From Squalus acanthias (taxonomy: Eukaryota): a stretch of 64,000 bases of DNA. The notes under the pieces are model-generated. The model did not search any database and was not told the origin of the DNA. It was given only the letters and a program-made list of their open reading frames with translations. The translations under genes were made by a program, and so were the position numbers. The number at the start of each line of letters is the position of its first letter. Position 1 is the first letter of the stretch. Below are positions 23,995 to 36,395 of this stretch, piece after piece. The stretch covers positions 21,392,001 through 21,456,000 of the forward strand of contig CM059432.1 of the NCBI GenBank assembly GCA_030390025.1, written 5' to 3'.

Positions 23995-26900
23995 TGAATG
24001 TACATTGAATGTCAGGAAAGAGTAAATTTAAAAGCAGCGAGAGAAATGTCAAGGCTTTAGAGCAGAGTAGAATTTTGGGTAAAAATAAGCAGAGTGGGTC
24101 AGGAAGGGACAGAGAGAGTAACAAAGGTAAGAAGACATCAGTGACCAAGGTGACACCAGGGAAAAAGCAAAATAAGTCAAAGCTTAAGGCACTATATCTG
24201 AATTTGCGAAGCATTCACAACAAAATAGATGAATTAATAGCACTGATAGAAATTAATAGGTTTGATCTAATAGTCATAACAGAGATGAGATTGCAAAGTG
24301 GCCAAGGTTGGGAACTAAATATTCCAGGATACATAACTTTTAGAAGGGATAGGCAAAATGGAAAAGGAGGAGGGGTAGCCCTGATAATAAAGGATGGGAT
24401 AAAGACAGCAGAGAGAAAGGATCTTAGCTCTGAAAATCAAGAAGTAGAATCAGTTTGGGTGGAGCTAAGAAACAGCAAGGGGCAGACAACATTGGTGGGA
24501 GTTGTTTATAGGCGCCCAAATAATAGTTGTAATGTAGGGCAGAGTATAAATCAGGAAATTAGAGGCGCATGTAACAAGGGTAATACAGTAATCATGGGGG
24601 ACTTTAATCTACATATAAACTGGGCAAACCAAATTTGCAGTAATAGTGTGGAGGACAAATTCATGGAATGTATGCAAGATAGTTTTCTAGATCAGTATGT
24701 TGAGGAACCAACTAGGGAACAGGCTATTTTAGATCTAGTATTGGGCAATGAGAAAGGGTTAATTAATAACCTTGTATTAAAGAGGCCTTTAGGGAAGAGT
24801 GACCTTAATATAATAGAATTTAATATTGAGTTTGAAAGTGACTTAGTTAAATCCGAAACTTGGGTTTTAAATCTAAACAAAGCAAACTACATAGGTAAAA
24901 GGGGAGAGTTGGCTAAGATAGATTGGGAAACTACATTAAAAGGTATGATAGTGGACAAGCAATGGCTAGCATTTAAAGAATTAATACATAATTTACAACA
25001 AATATACATTCCTTTAAGGCCCAAAAAGCCCACAGGAAAAGTGTTCCAACTGTGGCTAACAAGAGAAGTTAAAGATAGTATTAGATCAAAGGAAGAGGCT
25101 TATAATACTGCCAAAAATAGTAGTAAGCCTGAGGATTGGGAGGATTTTAGAATTCAGTAAAGGAGGACCAAGAAATTGATAAAGAAAGGGAAAATAGAAT
25201 ATGAGAGTAAACTAGCGGAGACATATAATCAGACAGTAAAAGCTTCTATTGGTATGTAAAGAGGAAAAGATTAGCAAAAGTAAATGTGGGTCCCTTACAG
25301 GTTGAGACAGGAGAAATTATAATGGGGAATAAGGAAATGGCAGAGAAATTAAACAAATACTTTGGGCTGGATTTTACCAGCCCTGAGGAGGCGGGGTTGG
25401 AGACGGGACTGCTGGGAAAATCAAAAAGAATGGGAGCGGGTCCCGAACTCGCTTCCAACCCACCTCCAACCAATCTTCCTGGGAGTCGAGTCCCTGATTT
25501 GCGCAGAGACCCGACTCCTAGCGGTGGGAAGAGGATTATAGCCACTTAACTGCCTGTTAACAGCTAGTTAACAGGCAGTTAAGAGACTTTTTCCAATTTT
25601 TAGACTCCTGCTGCGGGCTTCCCGACATCAGGAACCCCGCCAGGGTAAGTGAGGCGTGCTGTGGGTCTGTTGTAATGTTTGTGTATAGATGACAGCTGCA
25701 GGAGTAGTGTGAAGGATGCAATGGGACACTGGTGAGTATCAGAGGTAAGGAAATGTTGGGAAAGTCATTTTTAATGTGTTTAGATTTTTCTATAGGTGAC
25801 AAGCTTTGAAGTGTTTCTGTGGCCTCACCTGATTGGGAGAAGTGACAGATCGCTTCTGTACCCTCACCTGCAGCTGCCATCTGTTTTATCCTAAGGAGAG
25901 AGTCATGGGAGAGTCTGGGTGCAAGGGCTCACCTTTTTACAGTGATTGTCAGTGCTTGACAGCACCTCAATGATGTCAAACACTGTCAAATCATCTGTCA
26001 AAAATAAATGTTTCATGTCCCTTTAAGAAAACCAGCAGATGAAGCGTCATCAACTGACGTCATCTGACACTGGCTTTTCCTTAATTGGCCAGCAAGCCCA
26101 CAGGGCGGGCTCAACAATGCCAATCAGGGGAAAATAGTGTCTGTGCATCGGACGTCGCTGGGGGCGGGACTAGAACCCGGAAGGCAGCAGTCCCACTCCC
26201 AACTCGTCTCGATAAGTAAAATCCATCCCTCTGTGTCTGTCTTCGTGGAAGAAGAGGCAAAAAACTTCCCGGAAATCGTGGACAACCGAGGGTCTAGCGA
26301 GAATGAGGAACTGAAAGATATTAGTATTTGTAAAAAAGTGGTACTGGAGAAATTAATGGGACTGAAAGCTGATAAATCTCCTGGATCTGATGGCCTACAT
26401 CCTAGGGTTTTGAAAGAGTCGACTATAGAGATAGTGGATGCATTGGTTGACATTTTCCAAAATTCCATAGATTCTAGAACGGTTCCCGCAGATTAGAAGG
26501 TAGCAAATGTAACCCCACTATTTAAGAAAGGAGGGAGACAGAAAACGGGGAACTACAGACCAATTAGCCTGACATCAGTAGTAGGGAAAAAGCTAGAATC
26601 TATTATTAAGTACGTGGTAACACTTAGAAAATAATAATAGGATTGGGCAGAGTCAACACGGATTTATGAAAGGGAAATCGTGTTTGACGAATCTGCTAGA
26701 GTTTTTTGAGGTTGTAACTAACAGGACAGATAAGGGGGAACCAGTGGATGTGGTGTATTTGGATTTTCAGAAGGCATTTGATAAGGTGCCACACAAGACG
26801 TTATTGAACAAAATTAGGGCTCATGTGATTGGGGGTAATATACTAGCATGGATTGAGGATTGGTTAAAAGACAGAAAACAGACAGTGGGAATAAACGGGT

Positions 26901-27950
26901 CATTTTTGGGTTGGCAGGCTGTAACTAGTGGGGTACCGCAAGGATCAGTGCTTGGGCCTTAGCTATTCACAATCTACATCAATGATTTGGATGAGGGGAC
27001 CAAATGTAATATATCCAAGTTTGCTGATGATACAAAGCTGGGTGGGAATGTAATTTGTGAGGAGGATGCAAGGAGGCTTCAAGGGGATATAGACAGGCTA
27101 AGTGAGTGGGCAAGAACATGGCAAATGGAATATAATGTGGAGAAATGTGAAGTTATCCACTTTGGTAGGAAAAATAGAAAAGCAGAGTACTTTTTAAACA
27201 GTGAGAGATTGGGAAATGTTGGTGTTCAGAGGGACCTGGGTGTCCTTGTACACGAATCACTGAAAGTTAACATGCAGGAACAACAAGCAATTAGGAAAGA
27301 AAATGGTATGTTTGCCTTTATTACAAGAGGATTTGAGTATAAGAGTAAAGACGCTTTACTGCAATTATATAGGGCCCTGGTGAGGCCACACCTGGAGTAT
27401 TGTGTACAGTTTTGGTCTCCTAACCTAAGGAAGGATATACTTGCCATAGAGGGAGTGCAACGAAGGTTCAGCAGTCTGATTCCTGGGATGGGGGGATTGT
27501 CCTATGAGGAGAGATTGAGTAGACTAGGCCTATATGCTCTAGAGTTTAGAAGAATGAGAGGTGATCTCATTGAAACATACAAAATTATTGGAGGGCTTGA
27601 CAGGGTAGATGCAGGGAGGATGTTTCCCCTGGCTGGGGAGTCTAGAACCAGGGGTCACAGTCTCAGAATAAAGGGTCGACCATTTAGGACTGAGATGAGG
27701 AAAAATGTCTTCACTCAGAGGGTGGTGAATCTTTGGAATTCGCTACCCCAGAGGGCTGTGGAGGCTCAGTCGTTGAGTATAGTCAAGACAGAGATCGATA
27801 GATTTTTGGATACTAAGAAAATCAAGGGATATGGGGATAGTCAGGAAAGTGGAGTTGAGGTAGAAGATCAGCCATGATCTTATTGAATGGCGGAGGAGGC
27901 TCGAAGGGCCAAATGGCCGACTCCTGCTCCTATTTCTTATGTCCTTATTT
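23995..27950 (+). mobile_element. Near full-length CR1 ORF2 (APE endonuclease + RT) with several stops, split by a MITE
   Basis: LYLNLRSIHNK..GGGVAL..MGDFN..LDLVL..GKSD (APE); PQGSVLGP and KFADD (RT); stops at 25158, 26494 and 26960; 3' tail. Confidence 0.95.
25364..26229. mobile_element. 866-bp Harbinger-type MITE
   Basis: TIR GGGCTGGATTTTAC / GTAAAATCCATCCC; TSD TTT/TCT; interrupts CR1 at NKYF|VSVF; related to 42290-43130. Confidence 0.9.
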
Positions 27951-28477
27951 TCTTATTAATCCTTACTGTTATAGTGCCACATGTTGGTACTGTAATGTTC
28001 TGCACTATCATGCTGCCTATTACATTACACATTGGAACCAGTTTGGTATGATACATGAGTTCTAATATTGGTTCAGATCAACTTTTCATGATAAGTTGTA
28101 TGTCCATTTTTCAGGAAATGAATCCATTTGTTATAGTGGTGTCATTTCCCGTTGCTTCACTATTAGGTATATAATTGAGGGTCTTATGATAGTATAAATC
28201 TGAGTCAATGATAGTAAAGGGAAATTCATCTCCCTCGTGGCACATCAACCCTTTGTTTGTATCTCCTGAGGTAAAGTTCTATAAATTTCCTTCATGACCC
28301 CCAAAAGATAGTTGAAGCAACGCTCCACAGATCCAGTAACAGCTCTATTACTCAATCTTGGCCAGTTACTTTCCACAGTTGACATTTTCAACTTGCTCCA
28401 CAGCAACAATTATGTACTGTTGTGTATTTGATCATTTCTGTCCCTGCTTATTCCTATATTTTTTAATCTCATTCCGA

Positions 28478-28660
28478 AGTTGAGTATATTCAAGGCTGAG
28501 ATCGATAGATTTTTGGACTCTAAGGGATTCAAGGGATATGGGGATCGGGGGCGGGGGGGGGGGAATGGAGTTGAGGCCGTGATTTTATTGAATGGCAGAG
28601 TAGGCTTGAGGTGCCGTATGGCCTACTCCTGCTTCTATTTCTTATGTTCTTATGTTCTTA
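28478..28660 (+). mobile_element. Short CR1 3' end
   Basis: SIFKAEIDRFLDSKG followed by (ttcttatg)n tail. Confidence 0.85.
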
Positions 28661-28719
28661 CAGATATTTATTCATTTCAACTTTTGAAAGAATTAATTGA
28701 CACAGTATTAAGAGCCTTC

Positions 28720-29506
28720 TACAAAAGCAAAATACTGCAGTTGCTGGAATTTTATCTGGAATAAAAACAGAAAATGCTGAAAATACTCAGCAGGTCAGGC
28801 AGCATCTGTAGAGAGAGAAACATAGTTATCGTTTCAGGTCGATGACCTTTCGTCAGAACTGGCAACGGTTAGAGATGTAACAGGGTTATAAGCAAGTACA
28901 GAGGCAGGGAAAGGGGGAGGGGAGGAAAGAACAAAAGGGAAGGTCTGTGATAGGGTGGAAGGCAGGAGAGATTAAATGACAAAACGTATGATAGTACAAA
29001 GCAAATGGAGATGTTAATGGGACAAGTAAAGAAACAAAAGATGGGTCTAGAGGAGGTGTAAATGGGAATAGCAGAATCATCAACAGCTGCCGTCCAAAAA
29101 AATGGGGGCAGAGGTTATGGTCTGAAATTGTTGAACTCGATGTTGAGTCCAGAAAGCTGTAAAGTGCCTAATCAAAAGAGTTTATGTTGAGCTTCTTTGG
29201 AACAGTGTAAGAGGCCGAAGACAAAGAGGTCAGAGTGGGAATGGAGTGGAGAATTAAAGTGACAGGCGACCGGGAGCTCGGGGTCACGCTTACGGACTGA
29301 ATGGAGGTGTTCTGCAAAGCGGTCACCCAATCTGCATTTGGTCTCCCCAATGTAGAGGAGACCGCATCGTGAGCAGCGAATACAGTATACAAAATTGAAA
29401 GAAGTGCAGTAAATCACTGTTTCAGCTGGAAGGAGTGTTTGGGGCCCTGGATGGTGGGAAGGGAGGAGGCAAAAGGGCAGGTGTTGCATCTCCTGCGCTT
29501 GCACGG
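28720..29506 (-). mobile_element. Penelope-like element, 5'-truncated
   Basis: GIY-YIG motif VYCIRCSRCGLLYIGETK; pseudo-LTR end; TSD GAGCCTTC at 28712-28719 and 29507-29514. Confidence 0.9.
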
Positions 29507-32319
29507 GAGCCTTCATGTGAGTCTGTTTTACATTTCCTCTACTCTTTGATGGCAAAAACTTAAAAAATGATCTTGGGGAGACACCAAGCCCCACAACAAG
29601 TAGAAGAGAAGATCAGGTGACTCACTTATTAAGGATTAGGTGATGTTAAACTTGGAGTTTACATAAATTTGCAAACTTAAAAATTGGCAGTGTTTTGTTG
29701 GAAAATTCACCAGTGCTTGCTTGCATTTGAGGAGTTAATTGCAATTGTAAATTCACACTGACTGAGTGGGGGGGCGTACTGAGTGAGATGCCCTGGGAAT
29801 TAGTTAAGCCCACTACTGTTTCTAATTTACATCACTGACTTGGATTCAGAAAACTGGTATCAGTAAAAGTGACCATCAAGTTCACTTCAGATTGTCGTAA
29901 AAACCCAACTGGTTCACTAATGTCTTTTAGGGAAGATAACCTGTGTCCTTACCTGGCCTGGCCTATATGTGACTTCAGTCCCACACTCACATAGTTGACT
30001 CCTAATTCAGCCACTCAGTTGTATCAAAAAACCTCTAGAGAAAGGCCACCACCACTTTTTAAGAGCAACTTAGGATGGACAATAAATGCCAGCCTTGCCA
30101 GCAATACCCAGATTCCAAGAATGAATAATAAAAAGAAAAAATATTATCGGGTGTTTACCGTAGATTACTTAACAGGAGTGTAATCTACATGGCCAGTAGC
30201 AAGTACAAATCAGATGAAGCCAAGATAAAACTGGATAGTGCTCTGGTCAGACCAATCTTGAGTCCTGTGTCCAGTTCTGATCACTGAGACACAAAGGAAG
30301 TATTTGTACAGAAGAGTCAAAAGACTGATTCCTAGACGCAATGCATACGGATTCCTGGGGCAGCAAGGGCACACCCCCAACATGCCATGAATGCAAGACC
30401 CTTGTGCCCACAGCATAGCTTCATCAGAAAACCTGGTGCCACCACAAATTGCCATTAAATGGGTGCAAGGCCAAGATGGCGCTTTTCTGCCACTGTTGCA
30501 CCTTGTGTGTGCCTTTGTTATCTGCGCATGGGAGTTGAATGTCAGCTTCCAAATTCCGAGCAGCCCATCTGAATGGGGGGCAATAAAACCCTAATACTAG
30601 CTATTGATTCAATAATGAGGCATTTTGCTGTTACTTCATGCCGAAAATTCAAAGTAATGGCAGAGCCAAGAGCAATATGATTAGTAATGGCGGTTAGCAG
30701 ATGACACTATGAAGCGCTGTAAAAAAGTTAATTGCCATATTGTACGAAAAGGACTCCAGCAGATTTAGTATGTGTGCGACAAATGGATAAACTTTATATT
30801 GTCATGGAATTCCATCCTTGCACATGAGATTGAAATAGTTCGATATTAGAATCATTCAGCCTGTGTATTTTGGTGCTTAAGGGTGCTATAGAACTACGAA
30901 AGCAGCATTCAATAAGGTGCTTCACAAGAGGTTAATACACAAATTTAGGGCTCATCGGATTGGGGGTAATGTATCAGCATGGATTGAGGATTGGTTAACG
31001 GACAGAAAACAGAGTAGGAATAAACGGGTCATTTTCGGCAGGCTGTAACTAGTGGAGTGCCGCAAGGATCAATGGTTGGGCCTCAGCTATTTACAATCTA
31101 TATCAATGACTTGGATGATGGGATCGAGTGTAATGTATCCAAGTTTGCTGACAATACAAAGTTAGGTGGTAAAGTAAGCTGTGAGGAGAATGCAAGGAGG
31201 CTTCAAAGGGATATAGACAGGTTAAGTGATTGGGCAAGGACATTGTAGATAGAAACATAGAAAATAGGTACAGGAGTAGACCAATCGGTCCTTCGAGCCT
31301 GCACCGCCATTCAATGCGTTCATGGCTGAACATGCTACCTCAGTACCCCATTCCTGCTTTCTCGCCATACCCCTTGATCCCCTTAGTTGTGAGTGTTATA
31401 TCTAACTCCCTTTTGAATATATTTAGCGAACTGGCCTCAACAACCTTCTGTGGAAGAGAATTCCATAGATTCACCACTCTCTGGGTGAAGAAGTTCCTCC
31501 TCAGCTCAGTCCTAAATGGCTTCCCCTTAATCCTTAGACTGTGACCCCTGGTTCTAGTTTTCCCTACCATTGGGAACATTCTGCCCGCATCTAATTTGTC
31601 TAAACCAGTCAGGATTTTAAATGTCTCTATAAGATCCCCCCTCATTCTTCTGAACTCCAGAGGATACAAGTTCAGTTGACCCAATCTTTCTTGATATGTC
31701 AGTCCGGCCATCCCAGGAATCAATCTAGTGAACCTTCGCTGCACTCCCTCAATAGCAAGAATGTCCTTCCTTAAGTTAGGAGACCAAAACTGCGCACAAT
31801 ACTCCAGGTGTGGCCTCACCAAGGCCCTGTACAACTGTAGCATCACCTCCCTACTCCTGTACTCAAATCCCCTTGCTATGAAGGCCATCATTCCGTTTGC
31901 TTTCTTGACTGCCTGCTGCACTTGCATTCCCACCTTCAGTGACTGATGTACCATGACGCCCAGGTCTCGTTGCACGTCCCCTTTCCCTAATCTGCCACCA
32001 TTCAGGTAATAGTCCGCCTCTCTATTTTTACCACCAAAGTGGATAACCTCACATTTATCCACATTGTACTTCATCTGCCATACATTTGCCCATTCACCCA
32101 ACCTGTCCAAGTCACTCTGTAGCCTCCTAGCATCCTCCTCATTGTTCACACTGCCTCCCAATTTAGTGTCATCCGCAAATTTGGAGATATTACATTTAAT
32201 CCCTTCGTCCAAATCATTAATATATAATGTAAACAGCTGGGGTCCCAGCACCGAACCCTGCGGTACCCCGCTGGTCACTGCCTGCCATTCTGAAAAGTAC
32301 CCATTTACTCCTACTCTTT

Positions 32320-33730
32320 TACGATAGCAAAATACTGCGGATGCTGGAAATCCGAAATAACAACAGAAAACGCTGGAAAAACTCAGCAGGCCAGGCAGCA
32401 TCCGTGGAGAGAGAAAGAGAGTTAACGTTTCAGGTCGATGACCTTTCATCAGAACTGGGAAGAGCCGGAAATCAAATAGATTTAAGGCCAGGGTAAAGCT
32501 GGGAAAAGGGGGAGGGGATAAAGGAACAAAGGGGGAGATGAAGAGACATTAAGAGATATGCAAGGCTAGAGGTGGTGTTAATGTGACAGATTAAGGCTGA
32601 ATGAAGTGTGAAATCCACTGGCAGAATGAAGGACAGCTGCCAGCTTCTAGGAGGAAAAAAAAAGGTGGGGGGGGACAAATAAAAGGGTGGATAAAATAAA
32701 ATATAAATGTGATTGGAGCTGAGGTTATGATCTAAAATTGTTGAACTCGATATTGAGTCCAGAGGGCTGTAGCATGCCTAAACGAAAGATGAGCTGCTGT
32801 TCCTCGAGCTTACGCTGTGCTTCCGTGGAACAGTGTAATAGGCCAAGGACGGTGAGGTCAGAGTGGGAGTGAAGCGATGAATTAAAGTGACAGGCCACCG
32901 GGAGCTCGGGGTCCCCCTTACGGACTGAACGGAGGTGTTCCGCAAAGCGGTCACCCAATCTGCGTTTGGTCTCCCCAATGTAGAGGAGTCCACATCGTGA
33001 GCAGCGAATACAGTATACTAAATTGCAGGAAGTACAAGTAAATCGCTGTTTAACCTGGAAGGGGTGTTTGGGGCCCTGGACAGTGGGAAGAGGGGAGGTA
33101 TAAGGGCATGTGTTGCATCTCCTGCGCGTGCACGGGAAGGTGCCGGGCAAAGGGGAAGGGGTGCTGGGGGTGGTAGAGGAGTGGACTAGGGTGTCGCGGA
33201 GGGAGCGGTCCCTACAGAATGCTGAAAGGGGAGGTGAGGGGAAGATGTGTTTGGTGGTTGGATCACGCTGGAGGTGGCGGAAATGGCGGAGGATGATCCG
33301 TTGAATGTGGAGGCTGGTGGGGTGAAAGGTGAGGACAAGGGGAACCCTATCGTGGTTCCGGGAGGGAGGGGCAGGGGTGAGGGCAGATGTGCGGGAGATA
33401 GAACGGACACGGTCGAGGGCCGTGTCGACCACGGTAGAGGGGAATCCTCGGTTGAGGAAAAAGGAAGACATGTCGGAAGCACTGGTATGGAAGGTGGCAT
33501 CATCAGAGCAGATGCGGCGGAGACGGAGAAACTGGGAGAATGGAATAGAGTCCTTACAGGAGGCGGGGTGGGAGGAAGTGTAGTCCAGGTAGCTGTGGGA
33601 GTCGGTGGGCTTGTAGTGAATGTTAGTCAATAACCTATCCCCAGAGATGGAGATGGAGAAGTCGAGGAAGGGAAGGGAAGAGTCGGAGATGGACCATGTG
33701 AAGGTGAGGGAAGGGTGGAAATTGGAAGCA
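32320..33730 (-). mobile_element. Penelope-like element (RT C-terminus + GIY-YIG; ORF 32725-33630 open)
   Basis: YKPTDSHSYLDYTSSHP...NLVYCIRCSRCGLLYIGETKRRLGDRFAEH...GLN; 11-bp TSD TCCTACTCTTT at 32309-32319 and 33731-33741. Confidence 0.95.
32420..32456 (-). ncRNA. Minimal hammerhead ribozyme motif in the Penelope pseudo-LTR
   Basis: AGUU-CUGAUGA-A-AGGUC-AUC-GACCU-GAAAC-GUU-AACU: core boxes, helix I AGUU/AACU, helix II AGGUC/GACCU, palindromic helix III AACGUU. Confidence 0.8.
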
Positions 33731-36395
33731 TCCTACTCTTTGTTTCCTGTGTGCCAACCAGTTCTCAATCCACGTCAACACATTACCCCCAATCCCATGT
33801 GCTTTAACTTTGCTCACCAATCTCTTGTGTGGGACCTTGTCGAAGGCCTTCTGAAAGTCCAAATACACCACATCTACTGGTTCCCCCCTGTCCACCCTAT
33901 TGGAAACATCCTCAAAAAATTCCAGAAGATTTGTCAAGCATGATTTCCCTTTCACAAATCCATGCTGACTTGGACCTATCATGTCGCCACTTTCCAAATG
34001 GTCTGTTATGACATCTTTAATAATTGCTTCCATCATTTTACCCACGACCGATGTCAGGCTGACCGGTCTATAATTCCCTGCTTTCTCCCTCCCTCCTTTT
34101 TTAAAAAGAGGGGTTACATTGGCCACCCTCCACTCCATCGGAACTGATCCAGAGTCTAAGGAATGTTGGAAAATGATCGTCAATGCATCCACTATTTCCA
34201 AGGCCACCTCCTTAAGTACTCTGGGATGCAGACCATCAGGCCCTGGGGATTTTTCAGCCTTCAGTCCCATCAATTTCCCCAATACCTTTTCCCGACTAAT
34301 AAGGATTTCCCTCAGCTCCTCCCTCTTACCAGATCCTCTGACCCCTTTTATTTCCGGCAGGTTGTGTGTGTCCTCCACAGTAAACACCGAACCAAAGTAC
34401 TTGTTCAATTGATCAGCCATTTCCTTGTTCCCCATTACGACTTCCCCTGTTTCCGACTGCAGGGGACCTACGTTTGTTTTTACTAAGCTCTTTCTTTTTA
34501 CATATTTATAGAAGCTTTTGCAGTCCATTTTAATGTTCTCTGCAAGCTTCCTTTCATATTTTATTTTCCCTGCCCTAATCAAACCCTTCGTCCTCCTCTG
34601 CTGAGTTTTGAAGTTCTCCCAGTCCCCGGGTTTGCTGCTACTTCTGGCCAATTTGTATGCAACTTCCTTGGTTTTAATACTATCCCTGATTTCCCTTGTT
34701 AGCCATGGTTGAGCCACCTTCCCTTTTTTATTTTTACGCCAGACCGGGATGTACAATTGTTGTAGTTCATCCATGCGATCTCTAAATGTCTGCCATTGCC
34801 CTTCCACTGATAGCCCCTTAAATATCGCTTGCCAATTTAACCTCGCCAATTCACGCCTCATACCCTCAAAGTTGCCCTTATTTAAGTTCTGGACCATGGT
34901 CTCTGACTTAACTGTTTCCTTCTCCATCCTAATGTAGAACTCCACCATACTATGGTCACTCTTCCCCAGGGGGCCTCGTACCACAAGATTGCTGATTAGT
35001 CCCTCCTCATTACACAACACCCAGTCCAGGATGGCCTCCCCTCGAGTTGGTTCCTCAACATATTGGTTTAGGAAACCATCCCTTAAACACTCCAGGAAAT
35101 CCTCCTCCACCGTATTGCTTCCAGTTTGAGTAGCCCAATCTATATGCATATTAAAGTCACCCATGATAACTGCCGTGCCTTTTTTGCACGCACCTCTGAT
35201 TTCCTGTTTCATACCCTCCCCCACCTCACTACTGCTGTTTGGAGGTCTGTACACAACTCCCACTAACGTTTTCTGCCCTTTGGTGTTCTGCAGCTCAACC
35301 CATATTGATTCCACATCCTCCAAGCTGATGTCCTTCCTAGCTATTGCATTAATCTCCTCTTTAACCAGCAATGCTACCCCACCCCCTTTTCCTTTTATTC
35401 TATCCTTTCTGAATGTTGAATACCCCTGGATGTTCAGTTCCCAGCCTTGATTGTTCTGGAGCCACGTCTCTGTAATCCCAATCACATCGTATCCGTTAAC
35501 ATCTATTTGCACAGTCAATTCATCCACCTTATTACGGATACTCCTTGCATTAAGACACAGAGATAGAATATAATGTGGAGAAATATGAAGTTATTCACTT
35601 TGGTAGGAAAAATAGAAAAGGAAAATTATTTTTAAAATGGTGAGAGACTGGGAAATGTTGGTATTCAGAGGGACCTTGGTGTTCTTGTACACAAAATACT
35701 GAAAGTTAACATGCAGGTACAGCAAACAATTAGGAAAGCAAATAGTATGTTAGCCTTTATTACAAAGGGATTACAGTATAAGAGTAGAAGTCTTACTACA
35801 ATTATATAGGGCCTTGGTGAAACCACACCTGGAATATTCTACAGTTTTGGTCTCCTTACCTAAAGAAGGATATACTTGCCTTAGAGGAAGTGCAATGTAG
35901 TTTTACTAAACTGATTCATGGGATGAGGGGATTGTCCTACGAGGAGAGATTGAGCAGACTAGGCCTATATTCTCTAGAGTTTAGAAGTATGAGAGGTGAT
36001 CGAATTGAAACATGTTGGCCCAGAAATTAAACACTGAGGGGGAAAAATTAGGTCGCGCCCCATTTGGGGCGCAAATATCGTCTGGACGCAAAAATTAGCG
36101 CCTGGCGCTAATTATCGCCACTGACTGGAAACTTCACTTTTACCGCCCCGGGAGGTGAGTGGAGCGCTAAATCAGGCGCTGCACACCTGTCTTAAGGCGC
36201 AAAGGCCGAGCAGTGAGGCGCTAACTCAGCGCGCGAGCGCAGCGCAGGTGCTGCCAGTTAGCGAGGGAACACAGACACACTGGCGCCGGCCAGTTCTTAA
36301 AGCGGGGGGGCCAACTTGCTCCCCAGCCAAACCCTACTCATTGCAGCCTTGAATCTCGGCCTGGAGAGACCTGTGAATCCATTTTGCTGCCAAGG

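Larger units (their letters stand above)
31255..35560 (-). mobile_element. Young CR1 LINE with nearly complete ORF2, inserted antisense
   Basis: 8-bp TSD AGATAGAA at 31247-31254 and 35561-35568; ORF open 35560-33731 and 32308-31340 with [11 protein letters not shown] and KFADD motifs. Confidence 0.95.

Noticed and set aside
33635..33730. Novel C-terminus of the 630-aa LINE ORF (and novel N-terminus of the 369-aa ORF at 32320-32449)
   Set aside because: Chance read-through into the Penelope insertion bounded by the 11-bp TSD.
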